Origin: Thermoanaerobaculia bacterium
GTDB lineage: Bacteria > Acidobacteriota > Thermoanaerobaculia > Multivoradales > Multivoraceae
Assembly (NCBI GenBank): GCA_963666565.1
Contig: OY762911.1
Location: 2,624,001-2,688,000, forward strand
Direction of reading: 5' to 3'
Length of the DNA: 64,000 nucleotides
Each line of letters opens with the position of its first letter. Positions within the stretch are counted from its first letter, which is position 1. Below, piece by piece: positions 17,396-28,775 of this stretch. A program made the position numbers and the translations under genes. The notes below the pieces were generated by a model. The model saw only the letters and a program-made list of their open reading frames with translations. It did no database searches and was not told the origin of the DNA.

Positions 17396-20017
17396 TCAGG
17401 CAGCGGGCCGGCGTTCGGCCACGGCGGGAATCACCGTCGAGGCGCCGTGCCGGCGACGCCGGCGGAGCAGAAGCTCGCCGAGGAAGAGCAGCGTCGCCGC
17501 GACCAGCAGCACGGACCACAGCTCGAAGCGGCGGACGGCGGTCGCGGCGCCGGGTGCCGTGACGGCGGCGACCGCGCCGGCGACGGTCTCGTGGAGCGCG
17601 CCGGAGGTTCCGGCGGCAAGTTCCGCGAGCGCCGCGACGTCGGGGGCGCCGGGGCGGAGTTCGTCGCGGGCGGGGAAGAAGACGGTGCGGCCCGGGCCGA
17701 CCGTCGCCGCGGCGCCGGCCAGGCCGGTGTGGACCTCGAGCCGGTAGGGATCGAGGCTCGGCGCGAGCTGCAGGTCCTCCTCTGGGGCCAGGCGGTACAG
17801 GCCGGGACCCGTGCGCGTCATCGGCGCTTCGACGCGCCGGTCGCCGCGCAGGAGGACGAGCCGGGGCGAGAGGTCGCTGCCGAAGCGGCCGCCGTCGTCG
17901 ACCACGCTCAGCGCCGCTTCCAGCGCGCCGTCCCGCCGCTGGAGGTCGAAGTCCCACTCGGCGCCGGCGCGCCGGTCGGCGGCGTCGCGCACTACCTGGG
18001 CGACGAGCCGGCCGACTTCCGGCCAGCGCAGCCAGTCGCTCGCCCAGCGGGGCTCCAGGTCGGACGTGAACATCCAGGTCTTGCCGAGGCCGACGTAGCG
18101 GCTGGCGAGGATCGGGTCTCCGCCCTCGCCGCTTCCGGGGCCTGCGCCGAGGATGACCTCCGCGCTGTCCTTGGCCACCGCGGCGATCCGGCCGTAGAGC
18201 TCCGGCGCCGTGGCGACATCGATCCCGGTCAGGGCGTCCGACTGGCCGCGCAGCTCCACCAGGATCGTCTCTTCGCGGGCCGAGTCGGGGAGCTGGTTCA
18301 TCGTCTCGTCGATCAGGATGCTCTGGACCGAGCTCGCATCCTCGATCGTGTAGGCGTTGCCGTCGCCCCAATCGGCGATGTCGGCGAGCAGCTCCCGGTC
18401 GGACTCGACGCCGATGGCGACGGTCGAGACGGTGATCTCCTCCTGCCTCATCCGCAGGACGAGCTGCTCGTACTCGTCCGGGTAGGTCCGGCCGTCGGAG
18501 ACCAGGATGACGTGCTTGACCTCGGACTCGACCTCCGCGAGCTGCTCCAGGCAGGCCTCCAGCGCAGGGTAGAAGTTCGTCTGGGCGCTGGCCTCGATGC
18601 GGTCGACCCGCTGCTGCAGCCGCTCCTGGTCGCGTACGAACTGCAGGCCGACGATCTCGTGCGTGTGCCAGTCGAAGGCGACCAGGCCGAAGCGGTGCTG
18701 TTCGTTCAGCATGCCGAGCGCGGCCTTGGCGGCCTCCTTGGCCAGGTCCATCTTCGGCCCCTTCATGCTGTAGGACTTGTCGAGGGCGATCATCAGCGCG
18801 ACTTCGCTGCGTTCCTCCTCGATCTCGAAGTCGAGCGGCAGGACGCGCTCGAGCGGGGAGTTCCGATAGCCCTCCTCGCCGAACGTCTCCTCGCCGGCCA
18901 CGAACAGGAGACCGCCGCCCTCTTCCTCGACCCAGGCGCCGAGCGCCTGCTGGGCGGGTTCCGAGAGACTCGCGGCGGCGACGTTGCTGAGCACGACGGC
19001 GTCGTAGCCGCGGAGCGAGGAGGGGTTGAGCGCGGTCCGGTCCGGTGCGGACCGGGTCACGCGCAGCCCCTGCGCCTGGAGCAGGCGCCGCAGGTCGGCC
19101 GAGTGGTCGCCGGGCGCGAGCAGCAGGACCCGGTGCGCGGGCTCGACTCGCAGGCTGCCGCGCCAGAGCGCGCCCTGCGCGGCGGCCTCGCCTTCGCCGG
19201 CGCCGAGGACCGCCTCCAGCGTCTGCATCCCCGGTTCGTCGAAGGTCCACTCCAGCTCGACGGTGGTGACGCCTGGAGCGAGCGCCACGCTTCGACGCTC
19301 CTCGGCGCCGCCGCCGCGCAGGGTCAGCGGCGCTTCGGGCAGCGCGGAACGGCTGCCGAGACGGAGCACCCAGCCGTGGGGTTCGCCCGCGTGCAATGGC
19401 CGGTCGGGTTCGTCGAGTTCGACCGACTCGATCCAGACGGGCGGCGCGGCGCGGCCGAGGACGGCCGTGTCGATGCGAAGGTCCGGGTGCTCGGCGGCGA
19501 CCCGGGCGGCGGCGCCGCCGAGGTTCTGACCGTCGGAGAGGAGCAGGACGCGCCGTACCCGGTCGGGACGGAGCGTCGCGGCGGCCTGGCGGAGCGCCGC
19601 GACCGGGCGGGTGGCGCCGCGGTCCAGGGCGGCGGCGCCGGCCGAGGCGGTGCTGGAGTCGGCGACCTCGAGCCGCCGCAGGTCGGCCGCGCTCGGGACG
19701 GCGGCGGCGCGGTCCGCGTAAGCGAAGAGGCGCGCGGGACCGTCCGGATCGAGGCCGCGGTCGATCGCCTCGATGGCCCGGTTCAGGCTTGCCGGCTCGA
19801 CGCTGGCCGAGACGTCGACGACGACGGCGACGTCGAGCTCCCGCGTACGCCAGGTCGCGACCGGCTCGGCCAGAGCCAGCACGACGGCAAGCAGCAGCGA
19901 TCCTCGGACCCACAGAAGGCGTCGTCGTTGCCGGTCCGGGCGGTCGCTGCGTTGCGACCACAGGAGCGCGGCGACGGGGAGTGCGGCGAGCAGCCAGAGG
20001 GGCGCCTGGAACGTCAT
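17396..20017 (-). CDS. Membrane-anchored multi-domain vWA protein (BatA-like N-terminus, two vWA domains)
   Basis: N-terminal MTFQAPLWLL...LALAEP, MIDAS motifs DVSAS / LLSDG and DKSYS / LVSDG, and a C-terminal TM helix followed by RRRR. Confidence 0.85.
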   Translation of the reverse strand: MTFQAPLWLLAALPVAALLWSQRSDRPDRQRRRLLWVRGSLLLAVVLALAEPVATWRTRELDVAVVVDVSASVEPASLNRAIEAIDRGLDPDGPARLFAYADRAAAVPSAADLRRLEVADSSTASAGAAALDRGATRPVAALRQAAATLRPDRVRRVLLLSDGQNLGGAAARVAAEHPDLRIDTAVLGRAAPPVWIESVELDEPDRPLHAGEPHGWVLRLGSRSALPEAPLTLRGGGAEERRSVALAPGVTTVELEWTFDEPGMQTLEAVLGAGEGEAAAQGALWRGSLRVEPAHRVLLLAPGDHSADLRRLLQAQGLRVTRSAPDRTALNPSSLRGYDAVVLSNVAAASLSEPAQQALGAWVEEEGGGLLFVAGEETFGEEGYRNSPLERVLPLDFEIEEERSEVALMIALDKSYSMKGPKMDLAKEAAKAALGMLNEQHRFGLVAFDWHTHEIVGLQFVRDQERLQQRVDRIEASAQTNFYPALEACLEQLAEVESEVKHVILVSDGRTYPDEYEQLVLRMRQEEITVSTVAIGVESDRELLADIADWGDGNAYTIEDASSVQSILIDETMNQLPDSAREETILVELRGQSDALTGIDVATAPELYGRIAAVAKDSAEVILGAGPGSGEGGDPILASRYVGLGKTWMFTSDLEPRWASDWLRWPEVGRLVAQVVRDAADRRAGAEWDFDLQRRDGALEAALSVVDDGGRFGSDLSPRLVLLRGDRRVEAPMTRTGPGLYRLAPEEDLQLAPSLDPYRLEVHTGLAGAAATVGPGRTVFFPARDELRPGAPDVAALAELAAGTSGALHETVAGAVAAVTAPGAATAVRRFELWSVLLVAATLLFLGELLLRRRRRHGASTVIPAVAERRPAA

Positions 20018-20026
20018 CGGGTAGAG

Positions 20027-20219
20027 ACCCGCCCTGTCGGGAGCGCGGGGAAGGGTTCCCAGGGGACGCTCGCCCTCTGGGAGAGTAGGGAAGGGGTGGG
20101 CTCGCTGTTGTCGGCTGCGCTTCGGGTCGGTGTCGGTTGACGGGAGGGCGTGGGGAGTCGCTTGCCTCCGACCCCCTGGGAACCCTTCCCCGCGCTCCCG
20201 GCCGGGCTGGTCGGCGTCG
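20027..20219 (-). repeat. Inverted-repeat-bounded intergenic element, copy 2
   Basis: Perfect 28-bp inverted repeat at 20038-20065 / 20173-20200 around 107 bp. The interior is homologous to copy 1 in the opposite orientation. Confidence 0.85.
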
Positions 20220-20272
20220 TTGGGTTGGGGTCTGGGTCGTGGGATTGGGTCGAGATGTGGAGAGTCATCCTG

Positions 20273-22027
20273 CTACAGCGTCAGGCCGCGGAAGAAGGTG
20301 AGGGCTTCGAAGGCGGCGAGGAGGAGGCCGGCGAGGGCGAGGGTGCGCCAGGACCAGGGGCGGCGGGCGGGGCGGTCGAGGTCGGCCAGGCGGCTGGCCG
20401 GGACGGGTTCGAGGGTGGAGTCGTTGATGCGGGTGGCGCGTTCGTCCTGGAGGCCGGCGTCGGCCGTGAGATCGGGGGCAAGGGCGGGGGGTTCGGCGAG
20501 CCAGGCGGCGGCGTTCTGGAACAGGGCGGCGAGGTCGGGGCGCTGTGACAGGGGGGAGAGGTCGAGGTCGAAGGCGATGACGATGGAGCGTGGCGCGGTG
20601 CCTGGGAGTGGGTCGCAGATCGCGATGGCGGGACGGTCTCCGGCGGCGGCGAGGGCGGTGCATTCCGGGTGGAGTTCGCGTGCGGTGACGACGACCGGCA
20701 GATCGAGGAGCGAGACGCCGGTCAGGAGGGGGTGGCCGGGCTCGACGCGGTCGATGCGGCGCTGCGACAGGGGCGCTTCGGCGGCGGCGGAGAGGCCGCC
20801 TGCCGGGACCGCGGCCGGTGGATCCAGGTACAGGGCGGGCATGGCGGGAGGGATCGCGGGCGCGGTCCGGTGGAAGGCGGCGATGTCGGCCGCGGGCGGC
20901 GGGTCGTCCGGCGGGGACGCGGCGGCGTCGGGCGCCGGCCGGACGGCGACGACGTCCGCCGAGGCGTTCGCTTCGAGCGCGAGCGCGGCGGGGGAGTCGG
21001 CGAACGAGCCCGGGCTGCGGGCCGTCACGACGACGCGTATCGTCTCGGCCCGGGCTGGCAAGCGGCCGACGGGGAAGCGCCTCGCCGGCTCGGCGGCGGT
21101 GCGGGAGTCGAAGTAGCCGATCCGGGTCGCGGCGGCGCCGGTTCGGCGGGCGTCGATCAGTCCGGCGCGGTCGTCGAGCGGGAAGACGTCCCCGGGCGCG
21201 TCGATTCGCGCCGTCACCGTGCCCGGGGAGAAGCTGCCGAGGTCGATCAGGGCGGTGAAGCGGGCGCCGGGTTCGAGTTCCAGTTGACGCCGGATGCGGA
21301 TCGTCTCCGGGTCGGTCACCCTCAGGTCGACCGGGACCGGGCCGCCGGCCGGGTCGGTCGCCAGAATCTCGAGCAGCGCCTCCGGCGCGCCGGCGCGCGT
21401 CGGGGGCGGCCGGGTCGTGAAGCGGACGATGCCGGCGTTGCGGGCCGGCACGAGGACGGACACGGTCTCCGTCTCGGTGCCGGGGTCGACGATCGGCGCG
21501 AACGGCCCGACGCCGTCCGTGAACGCGTGGACCCGCCGGGCGGTGGGAATCGCGGGCGCCGCGCCGGCGTCCGCCGCCAGCGCGTCCAGGGGGCCGGCGA
21601 GGATCGCCTGGACTTCCGTTGCGGTCAGCGGGTCCGGGCTGCCGTTCAGGGTGAAGCGGCTGCCGGCGTCCGCTGCGGCCACGATCCGGCGCGCCTCGGC
21701 CGCGGCCAGGTCCAGCCGACTGCGATCCTCGCCGGGCAGGCCCGCCCGCAGCGTCGGCGACGGGTCGAAGACCAGCGCGACGGGGTCGCCGCCGCCGGGC
21801 TGGAGCCAGGGCGCGCGGCTCGCCGCGACCGAGAGGAAGCCGGCGACGGCCGTGGCCAGGAGCAGCGAGAGCAGCCAGCGCAGGCGGTCGCGCCGCCGCT
21901 TGCGGGCCGCCAGCAGGCGGCGCCAGAGCACGGTGGAGGCGACCGGCAGCGCCTGCGCGGTGGGCCGGATCAGGTAGATCGCCAGCACCAGCAGGGCGGC
22001 GATCCCGAGCGGAATCCAGAATGGCAC
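20273..22027 (-). CDS. BatA-domain membrane protein with degenerate vWA domain
   Basis: N-terminal LAIYLIRP...VASTVLWRRL double-TM region (BatA-like), degenerate MIDAS DPSPT and FTDG, and a C-terminal TM helix. Confidence 0.75.
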   Translation of the reverse strand: MPFWIPLGIAALLVLAIYLIRPTAQALPVASTVLWRRLLAARKRRRDRLRWLLSLLLATAVAGFLSVAASRAPWLQPGGGDPVALVFDPSPTLRAGLPGEDRSRLDLAAAEARRIVAAADAGSRFTLNGSPDPLTATEVQAILAGPLDALAADAGAAPAIPTARRVHAFTDGVGPFAPIVDPGTETETVSVLVPARNAGIVRFTTRPPPTRAGAPEALLEILATDPAGGPVPVDLRVTDPETIRIRRQLELEPGARFTALIDLGSFSPGTVTARIDAPGDVFPLDDRAGLIDARRTGAAATRIGYFDSRTAAEPARRFPVGRLPARAETIRVVVTARSPGSFADSPAALALEANASADVVAVRPAPDAAASPPDDPPPAADIAAFHRTAPAIPPAMPALYLDPPAAVPAGGLSAAAEAPLSQRRIDRVEPGHPLLTGVSLLDLPVVVTARELHPECTALAAAGDRPAIAICDPLPGTAPRSIVIAFDLDLSPLSQRPDLAALFQNAAAWLAEPPALAPDLTADAGLQDERATRINDSTLEPVPASRLADLDRPARRPWSWRTLALAGLLLAAFEALTFFRGLTL

Positions 22028-22028
22028 G

Positions 22029-22934
22029 TCAGCGTCCCCGGCTCAGCAGGCCGCGGCGCAATGCGCCCAGCGCCAGTTCCTCGAAGGACGCCTCGACCGG
22101 GGCGTGGATGAAGGACCAGCCGCGTGCGGTGCAGCGGGCGCGGATCTCTTCCCGGTGAGCTTCGGCTTCCCGTTCCAGCCGGTGGAGCAGGCTCGGGGCG
22201 CCGTGGATGCGGAGCGAGTCGCCCGTCTCGCTGTCGACCAGGGTCGTGTCGCGGTCGAGCGGCGCTTCGAGGTCGCGGTGGTCGGTCACCTGGAGGACGG
22301 CCACGTCGTGGCGGAGCGGCAGGAGCAGATCGAGGCCGCCCTCCGTCGTGTCGGACAGCAGGTCCGAGATGACGACGACCAGGCCGCGGCGGCGGCCGGC
22401 GGCGAAGACCTCGCGCACCGTCCGGTCGAGGCGGGTCTCGCCGCCGGTCTCGAGGTTGGCCAGGTAGTCCAGGGCGCGCCAGACCTGGCGGGAACCGTGG
22501 AGCGGGCCGAGGACCTGGTGCACGTGGCCCGAGTACGGCGCCAGCGTGACCCGGTCCAGCGTGGCCAGGGCGATGTAGGCCAGGGCGGCCGCGATGCGGC
22601 GGGCGGCGTCGAACTTCCGGCGGCCGCCGGATCCGGGCGTCGGCGCCATGGAGTGGCTGCAGTCGAGCAGGATGTAGACCGCCAGGTCGCCGTGCTCCTC
22701 GAACTGCCGGAGCAGGAGGCGGTCGAACCGCAGGTAGGCGCGCCAGTCGAGGTGGCGCACGTCGTCGCCTTCGACGTACGGGCGGTAGTCCGCGAACTCG
22801 AGGCCGGCGCCGAGGTGGCTGGCGCGGTGCTCCCCCTTGAATCCGCCGGCGGGCACGCGCCGCGTGAGCAGGCGCAGGCGCTCCAGCCGGGCGAGGAAGG
22901 CCGGCTCGAAGGCGAAGACGGAGTGGTCGGCCAC
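22029..22934 (-). CDS. DUF58-domain protein (MoxR-associated vWA)
   Basis: Motifs GEHRA..GAGLEFADYRPYVEGDDVRHLDW, LLDCSHSM and VVISDL. Confidence 0.92.
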   Translation of the reverse strand: MADHSVFAFEPAFLARLERLRLLTRRVPAGGFKGEHRASHLGAGLEFADYRPYVEGDDVRHLDWRAYLRFDRLLLRQFEEHGDLAVYILLDCSHSMAPTPGSGGRRKFDAARRIAAALAYIALATLDRVTLAPYSGHVHQVLGPLHGSRQVWRALDYLANLETGGETRLDRTVREVFAAGRRRGLVVVISDLLSDTTEGGLDLLLPLRHDVAVLQVTDHRDLEAPLDRDTTLVDSETGDSLRIHGAPSLLHRLEREAEAHREEIRARCTARGWSFIHAPVEASFEELALGALRRGLLSRGR

Positions 22935-22948
22935 GGCTGCGAGCGGCG

Positions 22949-23958
<1,010 letters not shown>

Positions 23959-23962
<4 letters not shown>

Positions 23963-25452
23963 TCCCCGTCCTCCTCGGCTGCGGCTTGCAGCGCTTCCAG
24001 GTAGCGGCGCACGGAGTCCCGGTGGCGCCAGGCGATCGGCCGCCGCGCGGCCGGCGCCTCGCCGCCGGACGCGGAGGCTTCGACCGCGACGCCCGCCGCG
24101 GTCCCGCGCAGGCTCACCTCCGCGGCCCGGAACTGGGTGGCGCTGGTCGTCGTCAGGGGCCGCCGTTCGATCTCCTCGATCGACTCGAGCAGGGCGGTCT
24201 CGAGCGCCTGCTCCAGGCTGAGAGCGGGCACGAGGAGGTCGCCGAAGGGGTCGACCATCTCCTCCTGGGGACCGGTGCCGATGCCGGCGGCGGCGCCGTC
24301 GGCATCGCCGTCGCTGCTGCCCGGCTCGTCGCTGAGCGCGGCCGCCGAGCCGCTCTCGGCGCCCGACCCCTCGCCGTCTTCGGTCGGCTGGCCGCCCGAG
24401 CCGTCGCCTTCGCCGGCCTCGGCGCCGGGGTCCGCGCTCTCGGCGCTGCCCTCCGTACCGGGCGCCGCGCCCTTCTCCTCCTCGCCGGTTCCCGCCCGGT
24501 TGTCGAGCTCGCGCATCAGGTCGGCGCCGGTTTCCGGGTTCGTCTCGTCCGTCAGGGCGTTCGCCGCGGCGTCGCCGCCCTCGGCGGTAGCGTCCAGCGT
24601 TTCGGCCTCCGCCCCGTCGCCGAGGCTGCCTTCGGCGGCGTCGGTCGCCTCTCGCCCGCGGGCGCGGTCCTCGGCGTCGGGTTCGCGGACGCGCAGGGTC
24701 ACGAAGGGCAGGTCGCTGAGCCGCACGTCGAGTTCCGGGACGCCGGGAATCCGGTTCGGATCGTCCTCCAGCAGGGCGGCGGCGTCGAAGCCGGGAGGAA
24801 CGTCCCCGGCCGGGTCGCCGCTCATCGCCGCGGCCAGCGCCTCGCCGACGAGGGAGCGGGGCAGAGCCACCGGCAGGAGCAGGACGAGGCAGATGCCGGC
24901 GGAGAGAAGGGCGCGACGCGGCACGAGCCGGGGCACCGTCCGTCTGGGACCCGTGCGGTCGAGCCCCGCCACCGCGCGCCTGAGCACCAGGGCGATCCAG
25001 GGCAGGGGCCACACGGCGCCGCGGCGGGCGTTCCCGCCTTGCCTTCCGCCGCTCGGTTCGCCCATCCGACGCTGCATCTCCAGGGCGGTGGCCGCCGCGT
25101 CGTGAAGGTCGCCGGCGCGGTCGAGGGCGCGGGCGGCGGCGGGAAGGTCGCGGCCCAGCGCCGCCGCCTCCCGCAGAAAGAGCAGGAGGAGCACGGCGCC
25201 GCCCGCCCAGGACGGCCAGAGCGCGGCGACGGGACCCGCGGCGCCGGCGCCCAGCCCCAGTAGCCAGGTGGCGAGCAGCCACAGGCAGGCCGCCGGCGCC
25301 AGCCAGGTGAGCGCCTTCAGCGCTCGGCGCAGACGCAGCCGGCGGTCGGTGGCGGAGATGCCGCGCAGCAGCCGGGCGCGCAGTTCCGCGGCCTCGGCCT
25401 CCGCGGTGTCCGATCGCTCCGGGATCGGTCGACCGGCGCCGGACGGCTTCAA
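23959..25452 (-). CDS. Hypothetical membrane protein with long acidic/Gly-rich region (MoxR operon)
   Basis: C-terminal part of track ORF 23959..29388. Probable TTG start at 25452 overlaps the upstream TGA. About three TM helices, an acidic tail and a C-terminal RDSVRRYLEAL. Confidence 0.7.
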
Positions 25453-26609
25453 TTCGGTTCCCAGAGCGCGATGCCCCCGGCCTGCTTGCCGATGTCGACC
25501 TGGGCCACGCGCCGGAACGCGCCGTTGTCGTAGACCTCGACGACGCCCGGTTCGCCGCCGACGCCCTCGACGGTGACCAGGCTGAAGCGGCCGTCCGAGG
25601 TGACGGCGACGCCGTGGGGGATGCGGCGGGTGGTCGGAACCCGGGCGATTTCCCGGCCCTCCTCCAGGTCCCAGAAGCCGACCGAGTCGCCCTTCTTGTA
25701 GGTGACGACGAGCAGGCGCTCGTCGGGCGCCACGGCGGCGTTGTAGGGCCCGGGGGCCGGCGTCTCGAGGCGCCGGGCGACCTTCCAGGCGCCGGTATCC
25801 ACCTCGTGGATCGCGTTCCCCGAGAGTGCGGTGATGTAAACGAGGCCGCCGGAGGTCGGCGGCGTGACCCACGAGGGCTCGACGCCGGGTTGACCGTGAC
25901 CGGCGTGTCCGGCGGACGCATCCGCGTGGCCGCCGTGTCCTTCGTGGCCGTCGGCCCGGTGGGCGTTCCGGCCCAGCTTCAGGCGGCGGCCGACCTCGAA
26001 GCGGAGCGCGTCGACCTCGACGAGTTCGTCGTCCATCATGTTCACACTGTAGAGCTTCCGGCCGTCGCGGCTGAACCGCGCGCCGTGAGGCATCGTGCCG
26101 CTCTCGAACTGGGCGATCTCGGTCATCGTCGACGTCTCGACGACGGAGATCGTGCTCGGCACGTGGTCGCCGTAGAAGTCCGAGTTGACGACGAACAGCA
26201 GCCCGGTGGTGGCGGCCACGTCGAGGGTGGCGGGGAACATGCCGACCCGGACGTCGCCCAGCCACTCGTCGGTGCCGGTCTCGTACTTGTGGATCGAGCC
26301 GAACGGGTTGCCGTGGGCGATCGACACGTACCAGTAGCGGCCGCCGGGCGAGATGTTGATGCCGTGGGGGCCTTCCGTTTCGGCCGGGAAGCTGCCGACG
26401 GCGATCGTCTTCGTCACCTCGATGCCGGAGGGGCCGAAGCGGACGAGGGCGACCTCGTCCTCCGACTCGGCGCAGACGTAGGCGTAGTACTCGCGGGACG
26501 GCGGCGTGAGGTCCGACTCCGCCTGCAGGACGGCGGCGCCCGCGAAGACGGTGAAGGCGAGAAGCAGCGTTGAGAGCACAGCCGTCCGCGGCTGCCGGGA
26601 AGTCGACAT
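25449..26609 (-). CDS. Secreted YncE/YVTN-type beta-propeller protein
   Basis: Signal peptide, repeated blades (GPHGINISPGGRYWYVS, MPHGARFSRDGRKLY, IPHGVAVTSDGRF) and a His-rich loop. Start is 26609 or 26615. Confidence 0.85.
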   Translation of the reverse strand: MSTSRQPRTAVLSTLLLAFTVFAGAAVLQAESDLTPPSREYYAYVCAESEDEVALVRFGPSGIEVTKTIAVGSFPAETEGPHGINISPGGRYWYVSIAHGNPFGSIHKYETGTDEWLGDVRVGMFPATLDVAATTGLLFVVNSDFYGDHVPSTISVVETSTMTEIAQFESGTMPHGARFSRDGRKLYSVNMMDDELVEVDALRFEVGRRLKLGRNAHRADGHEGHGGHADASAGHAGHGQPGVEPSWVTPPTSGGLVYITALSGNAIHEVDTGAWKVARRLETPAPGPYNAAVAPDERLLVVTYKKGDSVGFWDLEEGREIARVPTTRRIPHGVAVTSDGRFSLVTVEGVGGEPGVVEVYDNGAFRRVAQVDIGKQAGGIALWEPN

Positions 26610-26642
26610 GTGCATTCCTCTCGGTACGTCCCGGTCGGGGAT

Positions 26643-28763
26643 CTAGTGCGGCTCTCCGATGATCCGGTTCGGGTCTTCGGGATCCTTCAGCTTGACCGCC
26701 CACAGGCCCGAATGCCAGTCGGAGAAGAAGACGTGGCCCTTGTACGGCTGCGGACCCCAGACGAAGGGGGCGTTCGGCACCAGGGCGTCGGGATCGTAGG
26801 GAAGGAACATGCCGATCTCGCGGCCCTGGCGGTACAGGTCGCCGCGGAGTTCGCCCGAGACGTCGACGACGCGGAGACCGCCGTTGTAGTAGGCGACGTA
26901 CATGATGTCGTCTTCGATCCAGAGGTTGTGGGTGCCGGCTTCCGGTACCTGGTAGCGGGCGACCTCGCGGGGGTTCTCCCAGTCGTCCCACGCGATGACG
27001 TGGATCCAGCCGGCCGCGCGCGGCGGCGCCGCCCTCGGGTCGCGGCCGAGTTCGCCGTAGGGGAACGCCTCGTCGCCCGCGAAGACGTAGAACTTGCCGG
27101 TCGACTCGCTGCGGTAGGGATAGGCGGCGTGGTTCCAGCCGCTGGGGTAGGCGTAGCTGCCGAGCTGCACTGGATTGTTCGGCGCGCCGCCCATGCCGGC
27201 GCCGCCGACGTCGATGGCGACCACGCCGTCGTCCCAGTTCGAGGTGAAGGCGACGCCGTCGACCACCCAGACGTCGTGGATCGAGTGCCCGGGCGTGTCG
27301 AGTTCGAAGCGGCCGACGCGGTGGGGTTCGGTCGGATCCTCGATGCTGATCACGTCGAAGCGGCGGCCGTTCGACAGGGCGTAGACGTGCTCGTCGTGGA
27401 TGAACACGTTGTGGACCCCGCCCCGCAACTGGTCGTCGAACCGCGACAGGACGCGCACGCCGACCTGCGGCTCGGAGACGTCGAGCACGACGAACCCGTT
27501 CTTGCGGTTCGACGCGCCCTCGCGGCTGATCACCGCGATGCGGCCGTCCTCGGACACCTTGACGTCGTTCACCGTCCGCGCGTCGACCCGCACGGCGTCG
27601 ATCAGCACGATGCTCTCCGGGTTCGTCACGTCCCAGATGTAGGCGTGGCCTTCGGCGCCCCAGGTGCCCGTGATCGCGTAGTCGTTGCCGTCCGTGCCTT
27701 CCCAGACCCACAGGTCCGAGGTGCGGCGGTCGCTCACCTTGCCCTGGCCGACGAACTCGATCTCCTTGTTCACGCGGCGGGGCGTCACCCGCACCGGCAG
27801 GCTGTCGGAGTGGCTGCCGGCCAGCGCGGTGACGGTGTAGACGCCGGAGCGCTCGGCGACGAAGGCGCCGTCCTGCTCGATCTGGGCGGTGGCGCCGGGG
27901 GCAAGGATGCGGTTCGCCGCCTGACCGGCCACGAGGAAGCGGATGGGCAGGTCTTCGACCTCGGCGCCGGAGGCGTTCAGGCCGACCGCCTCGAACCGGA
28001 CGACGTCGCCGGTTCGCGCCTCGTCCGCGGACGCCGTCAGCTTCAGGCGTGCCGTCGGGTTCTCCACGACCCGGATCTCGACCTGCGAGGTCGCGTCCTC
28101 GGCGGTCGCGGTGAGGGTCGCCGTGCCGGGCGCCGCGAGATCCAGGCCGCCGAAGCCGTCGGGCGCCGCGACGGCGGCGTTCGAGCTCGACCAGGCGACT
28201 TCGACGTCGTCGCGGACGACGTCCGTGATGTCGACGACGCGGGACCGGAGGTCCAGGCGGGTGCCGGCGTAGAAGGCGCCGGGGAGATCCACGACCTCGA
28301 CGCTCTCGACCGGAGGGTTCGGGATGGTCACGTCGACCTCGACCCGCAGCAGGGCCTCGGCGCGCCGCGGTTCGTCCTCGGCCTCCTTCGGCACCAGCGC
28401 GATGACCGTGATCTCGCCGGGACCGTGGGCTTCGAGCTCGCCCGCCGGGTTGACACCGAGCCGGCGGCGGTTGCGGGAGAAGAAGACGACGTCGATTCCC
28501 TCGATCGTCTCGCCGTTCTGGTCGACGACCGTGGCGGTGAGGGTCGCCTTGTCGCCGACCTCCAGGGTCAGCTCGGCGGGGGAGACCTTGAGCTCGGCGC
28601 CGGGCGGGATCGGGGGTTTCTCCTCGTCTTCGGCGGCTTCCTCGCCCGCCTGCTCTTCCCCGGCGGCGGGTTCGGCGGGTTCCTGAGCGGCAAGCGGCGA
28701 AGCGATCAGGAAGAAGACGGCGGCGAGCGGCGCCAGGCTGAGAGGGGTGCAGGTGCTTTTCAT
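26643..28763 (-). CDS. Secreted Ig-like (Big_2) and LVIVD-repeat protein
   Basis: Signal peptide, Ig-like VSPAELTLEVGDKATLTATV and WSSSNAAVA, and LVIVD-type repeats (YIWDVTNP, FVVLDVSEP, GLRVVDVS) with HN/HD motifs. Confidence 0.8.
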   Translation of the reverse strand: MKSTCTPLSLAPLAAVFFLIASPLAAQEPAEPAAGEEQAGEEAAEDEEKPPIPPGAELKVSPAELTLEVGDKATLTATVVDQNGETIEGIDVVFFSRNRRRLGVNPAGELEAHGPGEITVIALVPKEAEDEPRRAEALLRVEVDVTIPNPPVESVEVVDLPGAFYAGTRLDLRSRVVDITDVVRDDVEVAWSSSNAAVAAPDGFGGLDLAAPGTATLTATAEDATSQVEIRVVENPTARLKLTASADEARTGDVVRFEAVGLNASGAEVEDLPIRFLVAGQAANRILAPGATAQIEQDGAFVAERSGVYTVTALAGSHSDSLPVRVTPRRVNKEIEFVGQGKVSDRRTSDLWVWEGTDGNDYAITGTWGAEGHAYIWDVTNPESIVLIDAVRVDARTVNDVKVSEDGRIAVISREGASNRKNGFVVLDVSEPQVGVRVLSRFDDQLRGGVHNVFIHDEHVYALSNGRRFDVISIEDPTEPHRVGRFELDTPGHSIHDVWVVDGVAFTSNWDDGVVAIDVGGAGMGGAPNNPVQLGSYAYPSGWNHAAYPYRSESTGKFYVFAGDEAFPYGELGRDPRAAPPRAAGWIHVIAWDDWENPREVARYQVPEAGTHNLWIEDDIMYVAYYNGGLRVVDVSGELRGDLYRQGREIGMFLPYDPDALVPNAPFVWGPQPYKGHVFFSDWHSGLWAVKLKDPEDPNRIIGEPH

Positions 28764-28775
28764 GGTCGTTGGAGT

